DNA from: Syntrophomonadaceae bacterium
GTDB taxonomy: Bacteria; Bacillota; Syntrophomonadia; Syntrophomonadales; Syntrophomonadaceae
Reading direction: 5' to 3'
Assembly (NCBI GenBank): GCA_035412805.1
Contig: DAONVO010000002.1
Location: forward strand, 26-64,025
DNA length: 64,000 nt
A program made the position numbers and the translations under genes. The notes under the pieces are model-generated. The model was given only the letters and a program-made list of their open reading frames with translations, was not told the origin of the DNA and made no database searches. This document shows positions 20,521-30,578 of the stretch, piece by piece. Positions within the stretch are counted from its first letter, which is position 1; every line of letters begins with the position of its first letter.

Positions 20521-21540
20521 TTATATTATGCGGCCACCGCCTATGACCAGGTCTCCCTGGTAAAATACTACCGACTGTCCGGGGGTTATAGCACGCTGAG
20601 GTTCTTGAAAGCTGACTCGAATCTGATTGTTGTCAATTTTTTCGATTACGGCTTGAGCAGGACGGGCTGCTGATCGAATTTTAGCCTCTACCATTAGCGG
20701 GTGTTCTAAGTCTTCAATAGCAATCCAGTTGTTATCCATGGAAATCAGCTCTTTACGAAACAGGTGGCATTCGTCATCCACTATTAACCGATTAGCAGCT
20801 TGGTCAATCCCTATAACAAATACCGGTTTGCCTGCACTTATTCCCAGGCCTTTGCGCTGCCCAATGGTATAGTGGGACAAACCGCGATGGCGACCGAGTA
20901 CTTCTCCCTGCAGATTAACTATCTCTCCCGGTTGCAGGTTCACACCCTGTTCCGTCAGGAATTCCCGGTAATCTCCAGTTATAAAGCAGATTTCCTGGCT
21001 ATCCGGTTCCTGGGCTACCATTAATCCACGCTGAGCGGCTAGCTGCCGCACCTGCTTCTTGGTCATTTCCCCTAGGGGAAATATAATATGAGCCAACTGA
21101 TCTTGTGTCAACTGATACAAGAAATAGCTCTGATCTCTGGCGGGATCAGTTCCCTTAAGCAGATGATAGCGACCGCTGGCTGAATGGTACTGTATACGGG
21201 CGTAATGACCGGTAGCTACCAGATCACAACCCCGTTTCCGGGCAATCTCCAGTAAGGCACCAAACTTAATCCAACGGTTGCATTCCACACAGGGATTGGG
21301 AGTACAAGCAGACTGGTAACTGGAACAAAAATAATCGATGATTTGATGCTTGAACTCCTTACGTAAGTCTACTACAGTATGTATAATTCCCATCCCTTCA
21401 GCAGCGCGGGCAGCCTTTTCACCCACAGCGGGATCCCAGTTAATCATAGTAAGTCCTTCTACCTCATAGCCTTGCCCTTTTAATAGCAAGCAAGCCATGG
21501 TACTATCCACGCCTCCGCTCATTAATACCGCTACTTTCAT
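20521..21540 (-). CDS. mnmA: tRNA 2-thiouridine(34) synthase
   Basis: 339 aa, SGGVDS PP-loop at the N-terminus, full-length MnmA/TrmU pattern. Confidence 0.95.
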   Translation of the reverse strand: MKVAVLMSGGVDSTMACLLLKGQGYEVEGLTMINWDPAVGEKAARAAEGMGIIHTVVDLRKEFKHQIIDYFCSSYQSACTPNPCVECNRWIKFGALLEIARKRGCDLVATGHYARIQYHSASGRYHLLKGTDPARDQSYFLYQLTQDQLAHIIFPLGEMTKKQVRQLAAQRGLMVAQEPDSQEICFITGDYREFLTEQGVNLQPGEIVNLQGEVLGRHRGLSHYTIGQRKGLGISAGKPVFVIGIDQAANRLIVDDECHLFRKELISMDNNWIAIEDLEHPLMVEAKIRSAARPAQAVIEKIDNNQIRVSFQEPQRAITPGQSVVFYQGDLVIGGGRII

Positions 21541-21659
21541 TTCCTGCCCGCCTCCTTATTCACTTTTTTATACCATTAGGGCTGTTTGGTGGCAAGTGGC
21601 TGGTATCCTCAGCTATATTGATCTATAATGACAGCAAATAAGCGAGAGGACCAACCACT

Positions 21660-22994
21660 GTGAATCTATTTGACTTAAACGCCGGTTCATCCAAGCAAAA
21701 ACATGCTCCCCTGGCTTATCGTATGCGACCCAGAAATCTGGACGAAATACTAGGCCAGAAAAAGGTGATAGGCCCCGGTTCGCCGCTGCGCAGGGCTATT
21801 GAACGGGATGAACTTCATTCCTTCGTTCTGTATGGACCACCCGGAACCGGTAAGACCAGCATTGCCCAGATTATTTCTGCCATGACTCATTCCTATTTTG
21901 TCCCTATGCAGGCGGTTACAGCAGGAGTGGGAGACATTCGCAAAGTTGCTGCTGATGCGGCTGATCGTCTCAAATATTACCAACAGAAAACTATTTTATT
22001 CATCGATGAAATTCACCGTCTCAACAAAGGTCAGCAGGATGTACTGCTGCCTTTTGTAGAGGAAGGAACTCTCTTGCTTATTGGGGCTACCACAGAAAAC
22101 CCTCTTTATGAGATCAATAATGCTCTCCTCTCCAGAGTCAAGCTGTATATACTGGAGGCCTTGGAAACAGAAGATATTAAAGCTATCATAAAGCAAGCCC
22201 TGTCTGACAGCGAAAGAGGCCTGGGAAACTACCATATTAGTTTTGCCGGAAATGCGCTGGATATCCTGGCAGCTGCCAGCAAAGGCGACGCCCGCATAGC
22301 TTTAAATATTTTAGAAACCCTGGTCAATTCCTTTCAGGAAAACGATTCCCTGACCATTGATGATGAACTGATTCAAAAGGTAACCGGTCATCCTATTCTG
22401 AAGTATGACCGGGACGGGGATTATCATTATGACACTATCTCCGCCTTTATAAAAAGTATCCGGGACTCTGATCCCGATGCAGCCGTCTTCTGGCTGGCGG
22501 TAATGCTGGAAGGTGGAGAAGACCCGCGTTTTATAGCTCGACGCCTGATTATTCATGCCGCTGAAGATATTGGCATGGCCGATCCCCGGGCATTGCTTAT
22601 CGCCAGTGCCGCAGCTCATGCTGTTGATTATGTCGGACTTCCGGAAGCCCGAATCCCCCTGACTGAAGCCACCATTTACCTGGCTACTGCTCCCAAAAGC
22701 AATTCCAGCGTTGTGGCTATTGACAGGGCGATATCCGCCGTCAAGCAGCTGAGCAGAATAAAGGTACCGCCTCACCTGGCTGACACCTCCCATTCCCAAG
22801 CCAAAACCAAGCTGGGCAAAGGACAGGGTTATAAATACCCCCACAGTTATGGCGGTTATGTAAAGCAGACCTATCTGCCTCCGGAAGCGGCAGATCTGCA
22901 ATTCTATTTTCCCAGTGAAAATGGCCTGGAACCAAAAATACGTCAATTCATGGAAAAAATATCAGATCTGCAAAAACGGCCGCCCCATAAATAA
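21660..22994 (+). CDS. rarA: replication-associated recombination protein A (MgsA/RarA AAA+ ATPase)
   Basis: 444 aa with GPPGTGKTS Walker A, LFIDEIHR Walker B and an MgsA C-terminal domain. GTG start. Confidence 0.93.
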   Translation: MNLFDLNAGSSKQKHAPLAYRMRPRNLDEILGQKKVIGPGSPLRRAIERDELHSFVLYGPPGTGKTSIAQIISAMTHSYFVPMQAVTAGVGDIRKVAADAADRLKYYQQKTILFIDEIHRLNKGQQDVLLPFVEEGTLLLIGATTENPLYEINNALLSRVKLYILEALETEDIKAIIKQALSDSERGLGNYHISFAGNALDILAAASKGDARIALNILETLVNSFQENDSLTIDDELIQKVTGHPILKYDRDGDYHYDTISAFIKSIRDSDPDAAVFWLAVMLEGGEDPRFIARRLIIHAAEDIGMADPRALLIASAAAHAVDYVGLPEARIPLTEATIYLATAPKSNSSVVAIDRAISAVKQLSRIKVPPHLADTSHSQAKTKLGKGQGYKYPHSYGGYVKQTYLPPEAADLQFYFPSENGLEPKIRQFMEKISDLQKRPPHK

Positions 22995-22998
22995 TCCA

Positions 22999-23025
22999 CC
23001 CCCAGCTGTTGTATACAGCTGGGGG
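22999..23025. terminator. terminator-like hairpin between convergent rarA and trxA
   Basis: Perfect 11-bp stem CCCCCAGCTGT / ACAGCTGGGGG with a 5-nt loop. The flanking U-tracts are weak. Confidence 0.5.
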
Positions 23026-23055
23026 CTACACGGTAACCAGCTAGTTTTTTCAGAT

Positions 23056-23379
23056 TTATATAAACTGATCTATCATTTTTTGCAGCTGAGCTTTGCCTTG
23101 AGCACCCACCACACGCTGAGCTTCATTACCATCCTTAAAGATAACCAGAGTTGGGATGCCACGAATCCCGAACTGGGCTGCCAGTTCTTTGTTTTCATCT
23201 ACGTTTACTTTTCCTACCTTTAGCTTACCTTCATAATCGGCAGCTAGACTTTCCACTACGGGACCAACCATTTTGCATGGTCCACACCAGGGAGCCCAAA
23301 AGTCTACCAACACCGGCAGTGTTGACTGCTTAACTTCCTGATCAAAATTATCATTGGTCAGCGTTTTTACTTCAGCCAT
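23056..23379 (-). CDS. trxA: thioredoxin
   Basis: 107 aa with the WCGPC active site. Confidence 0.95.
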   Translation of the reverse strand: MAEVKTLTNDNFDQEVKQSTLPVLVDFWAPWCGPCKMVGPVVESLAADYEGKLKVGKVNVDENKELAAQFGIRGIPTLVIFKDGNEAQRVVGAQGKAQLQKMIDQFI

Positions 23380-23409
23380 TAATATGCCCTCCTTCTTATT
23401 TGCCCGGAG

Positions 23410-23679
23410 CTAGCGGATCAAACGACCCATTAAAGTTACGATTTCCCGCAAGCCCTCTCCATCAGGGTCGTTTCGTGTAACCGACAGCAGACAATCCCGG
23501 GCATGATTTTCAAAAATTAATATTCCCACCTGATTGATGGCTGATTTGACAGCCGCTACCTGGTTCAGCACTTCCCCACAATCAGCTTCTGCTTCAATCA
23601 TTCGCTGAATGCCTCGTACCTGACCTTCTATGCGGCGCAACCTCATTAAAATGTTTTTGCGAGCTTCTTCCTCGCTCAT
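23410..23679 (-). CDS. CsoR/RcnR-family metal-sensing transcriptional repressor
   Basis: 89 aa, DUF156 pattern RLRRIEGQVRGIQRMIE, conserved Cys residues (ADCGE, ARDC). Confidence 0.85.
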   Translation of the reverse strand: MSEEEARKNILMRLRRIEGQVRGIQRMIEAEADCGEVLNQVAAVKSAINQVGILIFENHARDCLLSVTRNDPDGEGLREIVTLMGRLIR

Positions 23680-23684
23680 CCATA

Positions 23685-23701
23685 TACCCCCTTAGGGTAT
23701 G
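23685..23701. promoter_or_regulatory. CsoR-type operator palindrome ATACCC-N5-GGGTAT
   Basis: GC-tract inverted repeat of the kind bound by CsoR-family repressors. It overlaps the RBS of the repressor gene. Confidence 0.5.
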
Positions 23702-23711
23702 TTTAAAATAA

Positions 23712-23740
23712 GTATATAAAGACCCTAAAATAAAGTCAAC
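23712..23740 (-). promoter_or_regulatory. sigma-A promoter (TTGACT-N17-TATACT) for the csoR-trxA unit
   Basis: On the minus strand, -35 is at 23740-23735 and -10 at 23717-23712, just upstream of the operator. Confidence 0.5.
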
Positions 23741-23820
23741 TATATATTAGTTTATTCTTTATTCAGAAAGCTAATAGCAGTCAGGCAGTTTAATATTATA
23801 GTATTCCCTGTCATTCAAAT

Positions 23821-23849
23821 AAAAACAGAGGTGGCCTCATGACCACCTC
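23821..23849 (-). terminator. rho-independent terminator
   Basis: On the minus strand, GAGGTGG-loop-CCACCTC is followed by TGTTTTT. Confidence 0.7.
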
Positions 23850-23873
23850 CTTCAAAAATCCAACTAGCTCCAG

Positions 23874-23981
23874 CTATATTAAAAATAAATAGTAAATGGC
23901 GGCTCCTACACCCATAGCAATTAACGCCCATATAAGGGTGCGAAGCATTTCCATCTTAACCTGCTTGGCAAGTTCTTCCAA
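23874..23981 (-). CDS. 35-aa hydrophobic peptide with its own RBS and terminator
   Basis: GAAGGAGG, then 8 nt, then TTG. The peptide reads (M)EELAKQVKMEMLRTLIWALIAMGVGAAIYYLFLI. A terminator follows at 23821-23849. Confidence 0.4.
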   Translation of the reverse strand: MEELAKQVKMEMLRTLIWALIAMGVGAAIYYLFLI

Positions 23982-24055
23982 TATTAATGCCTCCTTCAAA
24001 AGCTGTAGCGGCTTAGACTTTATCCCATTATAACACAAGCCCAAAACTATGCAGC

Positions 24056-25228
24056 TTATTTATGTTTAGAGGGAGTGATCCCATTGATGCCGGTTTTATG
24101 ACCGGAAGCAGCAACTGCTGAATATTCCAGCCGTTCAGTGGCTCGCAGCTGGCCGTCAACAAATCTGTGACGATAGATTATTTCACCAGACATGCTTTTT
24201 TCCGGCTCTCCTGCAGTTGCTGAAGAAGTTAACAGTGGCCTAAAAGTACGGGATATGGTAATCTTGGGCTCTGAGTTTTTCTGCGTTCCATAAATCCGGA
24301 TCAACCCCAACTCTTTGTCCCGGGTTATGAATAAGGCAACTGGTTGGTCAGTTGGATTTAACAACTCCTGGTCAGTGACTTTATAGACCAGACCTGCTTC
24401 TTCTGCTGCCCTAGACAAGGCTTCCTGCCAATTAGCTACTAATTCCTGTCCATTTTCTGCGCTGGCATCAAGCATAAGGTCAATGGGAATTGACTTACCG
24501 GGCAGAACAATTCTTCCTGGCACAGCCCAACTGGCCTCACTTGCTGCCTGGTACTTACTGCCGATAGGAACAGCCTGTACCGACAGAAGCTCCTCTATAT
24601 TAGTTATTTGCGAACGGGTGATATTTGGAGAAATGGTCTTTTCCGGTAAAACTACCTTTAATTGATCCTCGTTTAAGGTGGCTATAAGCGAATCAACAGC
24701 CAAATCGGGAATTATTTGTGCACCGTATTGTTCGGACCGGTGCAGCAGGCAATCACCAACCAACATTACCCCAGCATCAACGGGTTCTTTAAATTTTGAC
24801 ACCGCCAGATTGTTCAAGCTCTGTCGAAGACGATCATAATCGTATTCCCAAATGGGAGGTATCATCAGTTTCTTGCCCCTTTTCAGGCTGTGTTCAAGCA
24901 GTGACCATCTCCCTATCTGAGAGTCGATTTTCTCTATGGTTGCTTTAGCATCCAATTTTACTCCCAGATCCATAAGCTTCAATTGATAAATGTCCTGGCC
25001 AACTATGCAATCAATTGACAGGGAGGCAGCAGTATTATAATCCTGCAGCTTGTGCAGAGCTCCAGCCCTGGTCATGTTGCCCAGGTAAATGGGTCCGGCA
25101 TAAAGATTACCCGGATAAACAGAAGCGTCCCACTTAGCCAGCAACAGGGACGCAACAAAAATATTCACCATTAATCCACATATTAGTATAGCTACATATC
25201 GGTACATCCGTTTACGGAATACTTCCAT
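24056..25228 (-). CDS. membrane-anchored hypothetical protein
   Basis: 390 aa with a single N-terminal TM segment. The N-terminal region resembles the pre-domain of VanW/YoaR-type proteins, but no VanW core was recognised. Confidence 0.55.
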   Translation of the reverse strand: MEVFRKRMYRYVAILICGLMVNIFVASLLLAKWDASVYPGNLYAGPIYLGNMTRAGALHKLQDYNTAASLSIDCIVGQDIYQLKLMDLGVKLDAKATIEKIDSQIGRWSLLEHSLKRGKKLMIPPIWEYDYDRLRQSLNNLAVSKFKEPVDAGVMLVGDCLLHRSEQYGAQIIPDLAVDSLIATLNEDQLKVVLPEKTISPNITRSQITNIEELLSVQAVPIGSKYQAASEASWAVPGRIVLPGKSIPIDLMLDASAENGQELVANWQEALSRAAEEAGLVYKVTDQELLNPTDQPVALFITRDKELGLIRIYGTQKNSEPKITISRTFRPLLTSSATAGEPEKSMSGEIIYRHRFVDGQLRATERLEYSAVAASGHKTGINGITPSKHK

Positions 25229-25249
25229 CTCTATATGCCACCGGTTTGA

Positions 25250-25981
25250 TTATTTGACTATCTGTGACAACTCCACAAACTTGTTGTGTTGTTCAGCCAG
25301 ATCAATGAGGGCTTCAGTGATAATGGTGCCCTCAGCTATAAGAATTTGCCCATCCTGACCACGTAAATCCCGGATAGCTTTTTTACCGGTTAGATATTCC
25401 CGCTGGCGTTTCTTAAATAAAGCCGCTCCATCCAGTTCACCTTTTTCTGCCTGACTGGGTTTGCCAGTCTCAGCGGCGGTTTCCGCCGGGGTAGGCGTGC
25501 TTTGCTGAGCTCCCTGCAGGTATTTTACTACCACTACATCAGATCCGTAGGTTAGTACCTGCTGAGCGTCAAGTTCTTCTGCAGCGGCTTCCTCAGACCG
25601 CTGAAAATACAAGCGGGTAATAACACCAGAGTTCTCGTCCAACTGGTACTCAGTCACTTTACCGATAAAATCTCCTCGATCAGTAAGTAACCGGTTGCCT
25701 TTCAACTCCACATTCCGTTTTAGCAAATCGTTGGCTTTGGCGACTTCAGCTATGGAGGTAATATTGTTCTCACTTTCCGTGGTAACTGCATGCTCACCTA
25801 TGCCCATAACTTTGTCGAAGGGTAAAACCCGGGCACCCACATACCAGCTTCCATCGCTTACCAGCAAATATTCTATCCTGCCTTCTTCTGGGTTGATTAC
25901 CAAATCCTTTACCTGTCCCACCTGACGCCCATCAATTACCGAGAAGACTGGTAACCCAATGATATCCTGTGTCTTCTTCAT
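25250..25981 (-). CDS. PRC-barrel domain protein (two barrels)
   Basis: 243 aa. The IIGLPVFSVIDGRQVGQVKDLVI motif is repeated, with an A/E/T-rich linker. Confidence 0.65.
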   Translation of the reverse strand: MKKTQDIIGLPVFSVIDGRQVGQVKDLVINPEEGRIEYLLVSDGSWYVGARVLPFDKVMGIGEHAVTTESENNITSIAEVAKANDLLKRNVELKGNRLLTDRGDFIGKVTEYQLDENSGVITRLYFQRSEEAAAEELDAQQVLTYGSDVVVVKYLQGAQQSTPTPAETAAETGKPSQAEKGELDGAALFKKRQREYLTGKKAIRDLRGQDGQILIAEGTIITEALIDLAEQHNKFVELSQIVK

Positions 25982-26002
25982 TACTTTCTAACCTCCATCG
26001 GC

Positions 26003-27355
26003 TCACGCCAGCATTTTTTCATTAACTTTCATGCGCACTAAACGCGGTACTTCAAAAATAGGAGTGCCTGCCAGACCTAATCGATTTAATTCATCAGCCA
26101 GTAGGTTGATATATTGCTTTTGCTGTCTCAGTTCCATAGTCATGGCAGGTTGAGCACTAATAGTTTGTATAAGATCATCCAAAATAATTTCGGCTTGCTC
26201 GTAGTTACCGATATTCTGAAGAATACTCACCAGTTCCATTCCCAGTAGATATTTCAGCTCATCATCGGTACTTACCTGCAGTGCTCTAGTAAAGCTCTCG
26301 GCTGCTCCGTCCAAATCTCCTTGAGCTTTAGCCTCAAACCCCCTCTCTATCCAGTCGGCTAATTCGGCTTGATCATCTGACTGCCGGCTATCATCAGTGG
26401 GGCTGGCTGCATCAGAGAAAACTTTTATATCTTGATTCAGATTATCCTTTGTTTCCCGGATATCGTCAACTGTAGCTGGAGCATCAGAATAATCTGCCGT
26501 AGCAATTGCCTGCTGATCGGGACCAACTTCGCTATCTGCTGCCTGCTGATCAGGAGCACTGTCTATTACAGCACTTTCAGACATACTGGGGCTGTATTGG
26601 TCCGCAGATAGCAATTTAACATCTTGGGTAATATCGTGGTATTCTTTTTCAGTTTCAGATTGACTTTCCAACTCTTCAGAATAATGGAGATCGGGCGGTT
26701 CCATATCTAGTGTCGGTAGGCTGGATAAATCTCCAGCAAAAACTGCAGCCAGCTGTTCTGCTTCAGGAATAATCTGCTCAGATACACTGTCCGGTTTCTG
26801 ATCAGTTAAATCTTTACCCCGTGTCTGAGCCCGTCTCTGATCCTCAGGTAAATATTGCGCCGGAACGAAATCAACTGGAGTATCAGCTGCTGGTGAAGAA
26901 ACGGTCTCATTGGCAAGTACTTCTTCCGGTATAGTGCTTTGTTCCGGTGGTTCACTCAGGGCATGATCCCCGGCAACAAAGGCCACCTCAGTCTGCTGGG
27001 TTGTATCAGCGGCTGAATTAACAGCAAAAACCGTGGTTTCTCCACCGGGAACGGTCAAGGAGGACTTGCCAGCCAATTCCGAACCTAATTCATCTGATTG
27101 CCCATTTAGATTAAAGAGTTCTGGTTTACACATTACCAGGATTAGTACGGCAAATATGGCGCCATAAACCAGTATGGTAATCCCTGTTCCCAGGTGTTGT
27201 ACGCTGAAGGGAAATGCGGTAATCATCAGATAGGATAGAACCAAAACCAAAATAATTGTTTTTATGTCGAAGCCATCCTTGTTGAGCAGGTAGGCAATCC
27301 AGCAAGCTATAGGAATAAATACCAAGCTTATATAAAACAAATATTCGGTCATCAC
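26003..27355 (-). CDS. membrane protein with acidic low-complexity linker and C-terminal TPR-like region
   Basis: 450 aa with 3-4 N-terminal TM helices, a long D/E/S/Q-rich segment and a C-terminal helical repeat. Confidence 0.55.
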   Translation of the reverse strand: MMTEYLFYISLVFIPIACWIAYLLNKDGFDIKTIILVLVLSYLMITAFPFSVQHLGTGITILVYGAIFAVLILVMCKPELFNLNGQSDELGSELAGKSSLTVPGGETTVFAVNSAADTTQQTEVAFVAGDHALSEPPEQSTIPEEVLANETVSSPAADTPVDFVPAQYLPEDQRRAQTRGKDLTDQKPDSVSEQIIPEAEQLAAVFAGDLSSLPTLDMEPPDLHYSEELESQSETEKEYHDITQDVKLLSADQYSPSMSESAVIDSAPDQQAADSEVGPDQQAIATADYSDAPATVDDIRETKDNLNQDIKVFSDAASPTDDSRQSDDQAELADWIERGFEAKAQGDLDGAAESFTRALQVSTDDELKYLLGMELVSILQNIGNYEQAEIILDDLIQTISAQPAMTMELRQQKQYINLLADELNRLGLAGTPIFEVPRLVRMKVNEKMLA

Positions 27356-27623
27356 TATCCCCTTTCCCCATATTCAGCTTTAAGTATTTTATTTTCCACA
27401 ATAACACCGATTTTTCCTCTCAATATTAAGTTTAAATTTTTACAGAAGTTAATCTATTCATATTAGGATCTTTTTCTTCATAAGTAATTAAGTGGCATTA
27501 TAGTTTTTTAATTGGTATTAAAGAAGGATTTCACATATCAAGGGGAGAATAATGATGGTGGTGTGGTCAGGCATATTTATGTCTGAGTGTAAAGCGAAAA
27601 ATAATTTCTAAGGGGGAAAGCTA

Positions 27624-28904
27624 ATGCAGAACGTGTATGTTGTGGAGGCTGCACGTACACCAGTAGCCCGTGCAGGAAAACAGTCTTGGTTTACCAACAT
27701 TCGTGCAGAGGAACTATCTGCCTTTGTCTTCAAAGAGCTGAGAAAGAGAATCGGCCTGGAAGACAAAGCAAAACAAGGTATCATTGATGACGTAGTGTGG
27801 GCAACCACCGCCAATGCCTTTATGGAACAGGGGTTGAACATAGGCCGCCTGGCTTGGATCCTGTCCGATGGTTCCTATGATGTTCCTGGTTGTACGGTTG
27901 ACCGGTTCTGTGCTTCTGGATTGAACTCCATTCAGTTTGCCATCGCCACCATGATGGTTGGCTGGGGCGGAGACGTTGAGATTGCCGGTGGTGTCCAACA
28001 TATGACCCATATTCCTATGGGTGCCGGTGCTGATCTCCATCCTGATTTGGGCAATTACATGAATTTAGGAGCAATTAACATGGGTTACACTGCTGAAATC
28101 GTAGCCCGCCGCTTTAACGTTACCCGTGAACAGCAAGACGAGTTTGCTATGGAATCCCACCTGAAGTGCGCCGCTGCTCAGGCTGCCAACAAGGTTAAAG
28201 ATGTCATTATCCCCATTCAAGTTAAAGTTCCGGCTAAAGGTGCCAAGGATACCAACCCGCACAACATGCCTGCCCTGTATGTAGCCAGCGATCACCTGGC
28301 TAAAGCCGCTGCTGAAAAAGGTGAAGAACTGGTAGAATGTGTCGTAGCCCGTGACCAGGGTGTACGCCCTGACACCAATATGGAAACTCTGGCCAAGATG
28401 CCCACTGTTTTCATGCAGGACGAAGCTGCCACCGTTACCGCTGGTAACGCCTCTCAGATCAATGACGCTGCTGCCGGTGTTGTCCTGGCCACCGACGAAG
28501 GTGCCAAGGCACTGGGCAAGAAGCCGATTATGAAGATGGTCAGCTGGGCAGTAGTTGGTCTGGAACCCGATATCATGGGTATCGGTCCTGCCCTGGCTAT
28601 ACCCAAGGTTCTCAAGAGAGCCGGTATGACCAAAGATCAGATCGATCTGTGGGAAATTAATGAAGCTTTCGCATCCCAGGCATACTACTGCAGAGAAACC
28701 CTGGGACTGCCCAAAGATCGTGTAAATGTATGGGGATCTGGTATTTCCATCGGCCATCCTCTGGCCTGCACCGGTGCCCGTATTGCCGCCGATATTACAG
28801 CCATGTTCAGAGATCCCGACTTTGCCGATGTAGAATACATCGTCGAGTCCATGTGTATCGGTCACGGTCATGGTGCTGCTGCTATTTGGCAGAGAGTAAA
28901 ATAA
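27624..28904 (+). CDS. acetyl-CoA C-acyltransferase (thiolase), copy 1
   Basis: 426 aa with active-site Cys (CASGLNS) and C-terminal GHPLACTG and CIGHGHG motifs. RBS is AAGGGGGA. Confidence 0.9.
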   Translation: MQNVYVVEAARTPVARAGKQSWFTNIRAEELSAFVFKELRKRIGLEDKAKQGIIDDVVWATTANAFMEQGLNIGRLAWILSDGSYDVPGCTVDRFCASGLNSIQFAIATMMVGWGGDVEIAGGVQHMTHIPMGAGADLHPDLGNYMNLGAINMGYTAEIVARRFNVTREQQDEFAMESHLKCAAAQAANKVKDVIIPIQVKVPAKGAKDTNPHNMPALYVASDHLAKAAAEKGEELVECVVARDQGVRPDTNMETLAKMPTVFMQDEAATVTAGNASQINDAAAGVVLATDEGAKALGKKPIMKMVSWAVVGLEPDIMGIGPALAIPKVLKRAGMTKDQIDLWEINEAFASQAYYCRETLGLPKDRVNVWGSGISIGHPLACTGARIAADITAMFRDPDFADVEYIVESMCIGHGHGAAAIWQRVK

Positions 28905-28936
28905 TCCAGCCGAATAGTTTTATACTAAGCTTATTC

Positions 28937-28968
28937 AGCGGGAGACCTTATAGGTTTCCCGCTTTTTT
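28937..28968 (+). terminator. rho-independent terminator of thiolase copy 1
   Basis: AGCGGGAGACC-TTATA-GGTTTCCCGCT followed by TTTTTT. Confidence 0.8.
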
Positions 28969-29265
28969 GTGTCAAAATGTCTATAATGACCGGGGAAATG
29001 TCAATCTTGCGTAATTTCTAAATATTTTTGATTTATTTTTGCATTGTAAATTACTAGACTATTAATTTATGTTATGAAATAATTTAACCAGAACCACCCT
29101 TCCCCATACATCAGGTACAGCTTAAATGCTGGCCAATATTACGAAAATTTAATCTTTTTCCGGGTTATAGATTCCTAACTACATTTATGAAATACTAATA
29201 GGTAAGCAGCAGGCTTGTAATTACAGCCTGTTTAGTGCGAAAACAAAAATTAAGGGGGAAAATGC

Positions 29266-30546
29266 ATGCAGAACGTATATGTTGTGGAGGCTGCACGTAC
29301 ACCAGTAGCCCGTGCAGGAAAACAGTCTTGGTTTACCAACATTCGTGCAGAGGAACTATCTGCCTTTGTCTTCAAAGAGCTGAGAAAGAGAATCGGCCTG
29401 GAAGACAAAGCAAAACAAGGTATCATTGATGACGTAGTGTGGGCAACCACCGCCAATGCCTTTATGGAACAGGGGTTGAACATAGGCCGCCTGGCTTGGA
29501 TCCTGTCCGATGGTTCCTATGATGTTCCTGGTTGTACGGTTGACCGGTTCTGTGCTTCTGGATTGAACTCCATTCAGTTTGCCATCGCCACCATGATGGT
29601 TGGCTGGGGCGGAGACGTTGAGATTGCCGGTGGTGTCCAACATATGACCCATATTCCTATGGGTGCCGGTGCTGATCTCCATCCTGATTTGGGCAATTAC
29701 ATGAATTTAGGAGCAATTAACATGGGTTACACTGCTGAAATCGTAGCCCGCCGCTTTAACGTTACCCGTGAACAGCAAGACGAGTTTGCTATGGAATCCC
29801 ACCTGAAGTGCGCCGCTGCTCAGGCTGCCAACAAGGTTAAAGATGTCATTATCCCCATTCAAGTTAAAGTTCCGGCTAAAGGTGCCAAGGATACCAACCC
29901 GCACAACATGCCTGCCCTGTATGTAGCCAGCGATCACCTGGCTAAAGCCGCTGCTGAAAAAGGTGAAGAACTGGTAGAATGTGTCGTAGCCCGTGACCAG
30001 GGTGTACGCCCTGACACCAATATGGAAACTCTGGCCAAGATGCCCACTGTTTTCATGCAGGACGAAGCTGCCACCGTTACCGCTGGTAACGCCTCTCAGA
30101 TCAATGACGCTGCTGCCGGTGTTGTCCTGGCCACCGACGAAGGTGCCAAGGCACTGGGCAAGAAGCCGATTATGAAGATGGTCAGCTGGGCAGTAGTTGG
30201 TCTGGAACCCGATATCATGGGTATCGGTCCTGCCCTGGCTATACCCAAGGTTCTCAAGAGAGCCGGTATGACCAAAGATCAGATCGATCTGTGGGAAATT
30301 AATGAAGCTTTCGCATCCCAGGCATACTACTGCAGAGAAACCCTGGGACTGCCCAAAGATCGTGTAAATGTATGGGGATCTGGTATTTCCATCGGCCATC
30401 CTCTGGCCTGCACCGGTGCCCGTATTGCCGCCGATATTACAGCCATGTTCAGAGATCCCGACTTTGCCGATGTAGAATACATCGTCGAGTCCATGTGTAT
30501 CGGTCACGGTCATGGTGCTGCTGCTATTTGGCAGAGAGTAAAATAA
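29266..30546 (+). CDS. acetyl-CoA C-acyltransferase (thiolase), copy 2
   Basis: Protein is 100% identical to copy 1. The antisense-frame ORFs are identical too, so the DNA is essentially identical. The only coding difference seen is synonymous (codon 5, GTG vs GTA). Confidence 0.9.
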   Translation: MQNVYVVEAARTPVARAGKQSWFTNIRAEELSAFVFKELRKRIGLEDKAKQGIIDDVVWATTANAFMEQGLNIGRLAWILSDGSYDVPGCTVDRFCASGLNSIQFAIATMMVGWGGDVEIAGGVQHMTHIPMGAGADLHPDLGNYMNLGAINMGYTAEIVARRFNVTREQQDEFAMESHLKCAAAQAANKVKDVIIPIQVKVPAKGAKDTNPHNMPALYVASDHLAKAAAEKGEELVECVVARDQGVRPDTNMETLAKMPTVFMQDEAATVTAGNASQINDAAAGVVLATDEGAKALGKKPIMKMVSWAVVGLEPDIMGIGPALAIPKVLKRAGMTKDQIDLWEINEAFASQAYYCRETLGLPKDRVNVWGSGISIGHPLACTGARIAADITAMFRDPDFADVEYIVESMCIGHGHGAAAIWQRVK

Positions 30547-30578
30547 TCCAGCCGAATAGTTTTATATTAAGCTTATTC

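Noticed and set aside
28065-28871. Long antisense ORFs inside well-supported genes. Examples are 268 aa antisense to each thiolase (28065-28871, 29707-30513), 211 aa antisense to rarA (22311-22946), 231 aa and 221 aa antisense to lpdA/gcvPB (36233-36928, 38508-39173), and 143 aa at 18331-18762.
   Set aside because: The opposite strand carries full-length, motif-rich homologues of known families. The antisense products are low-complexity and lack RBSs.
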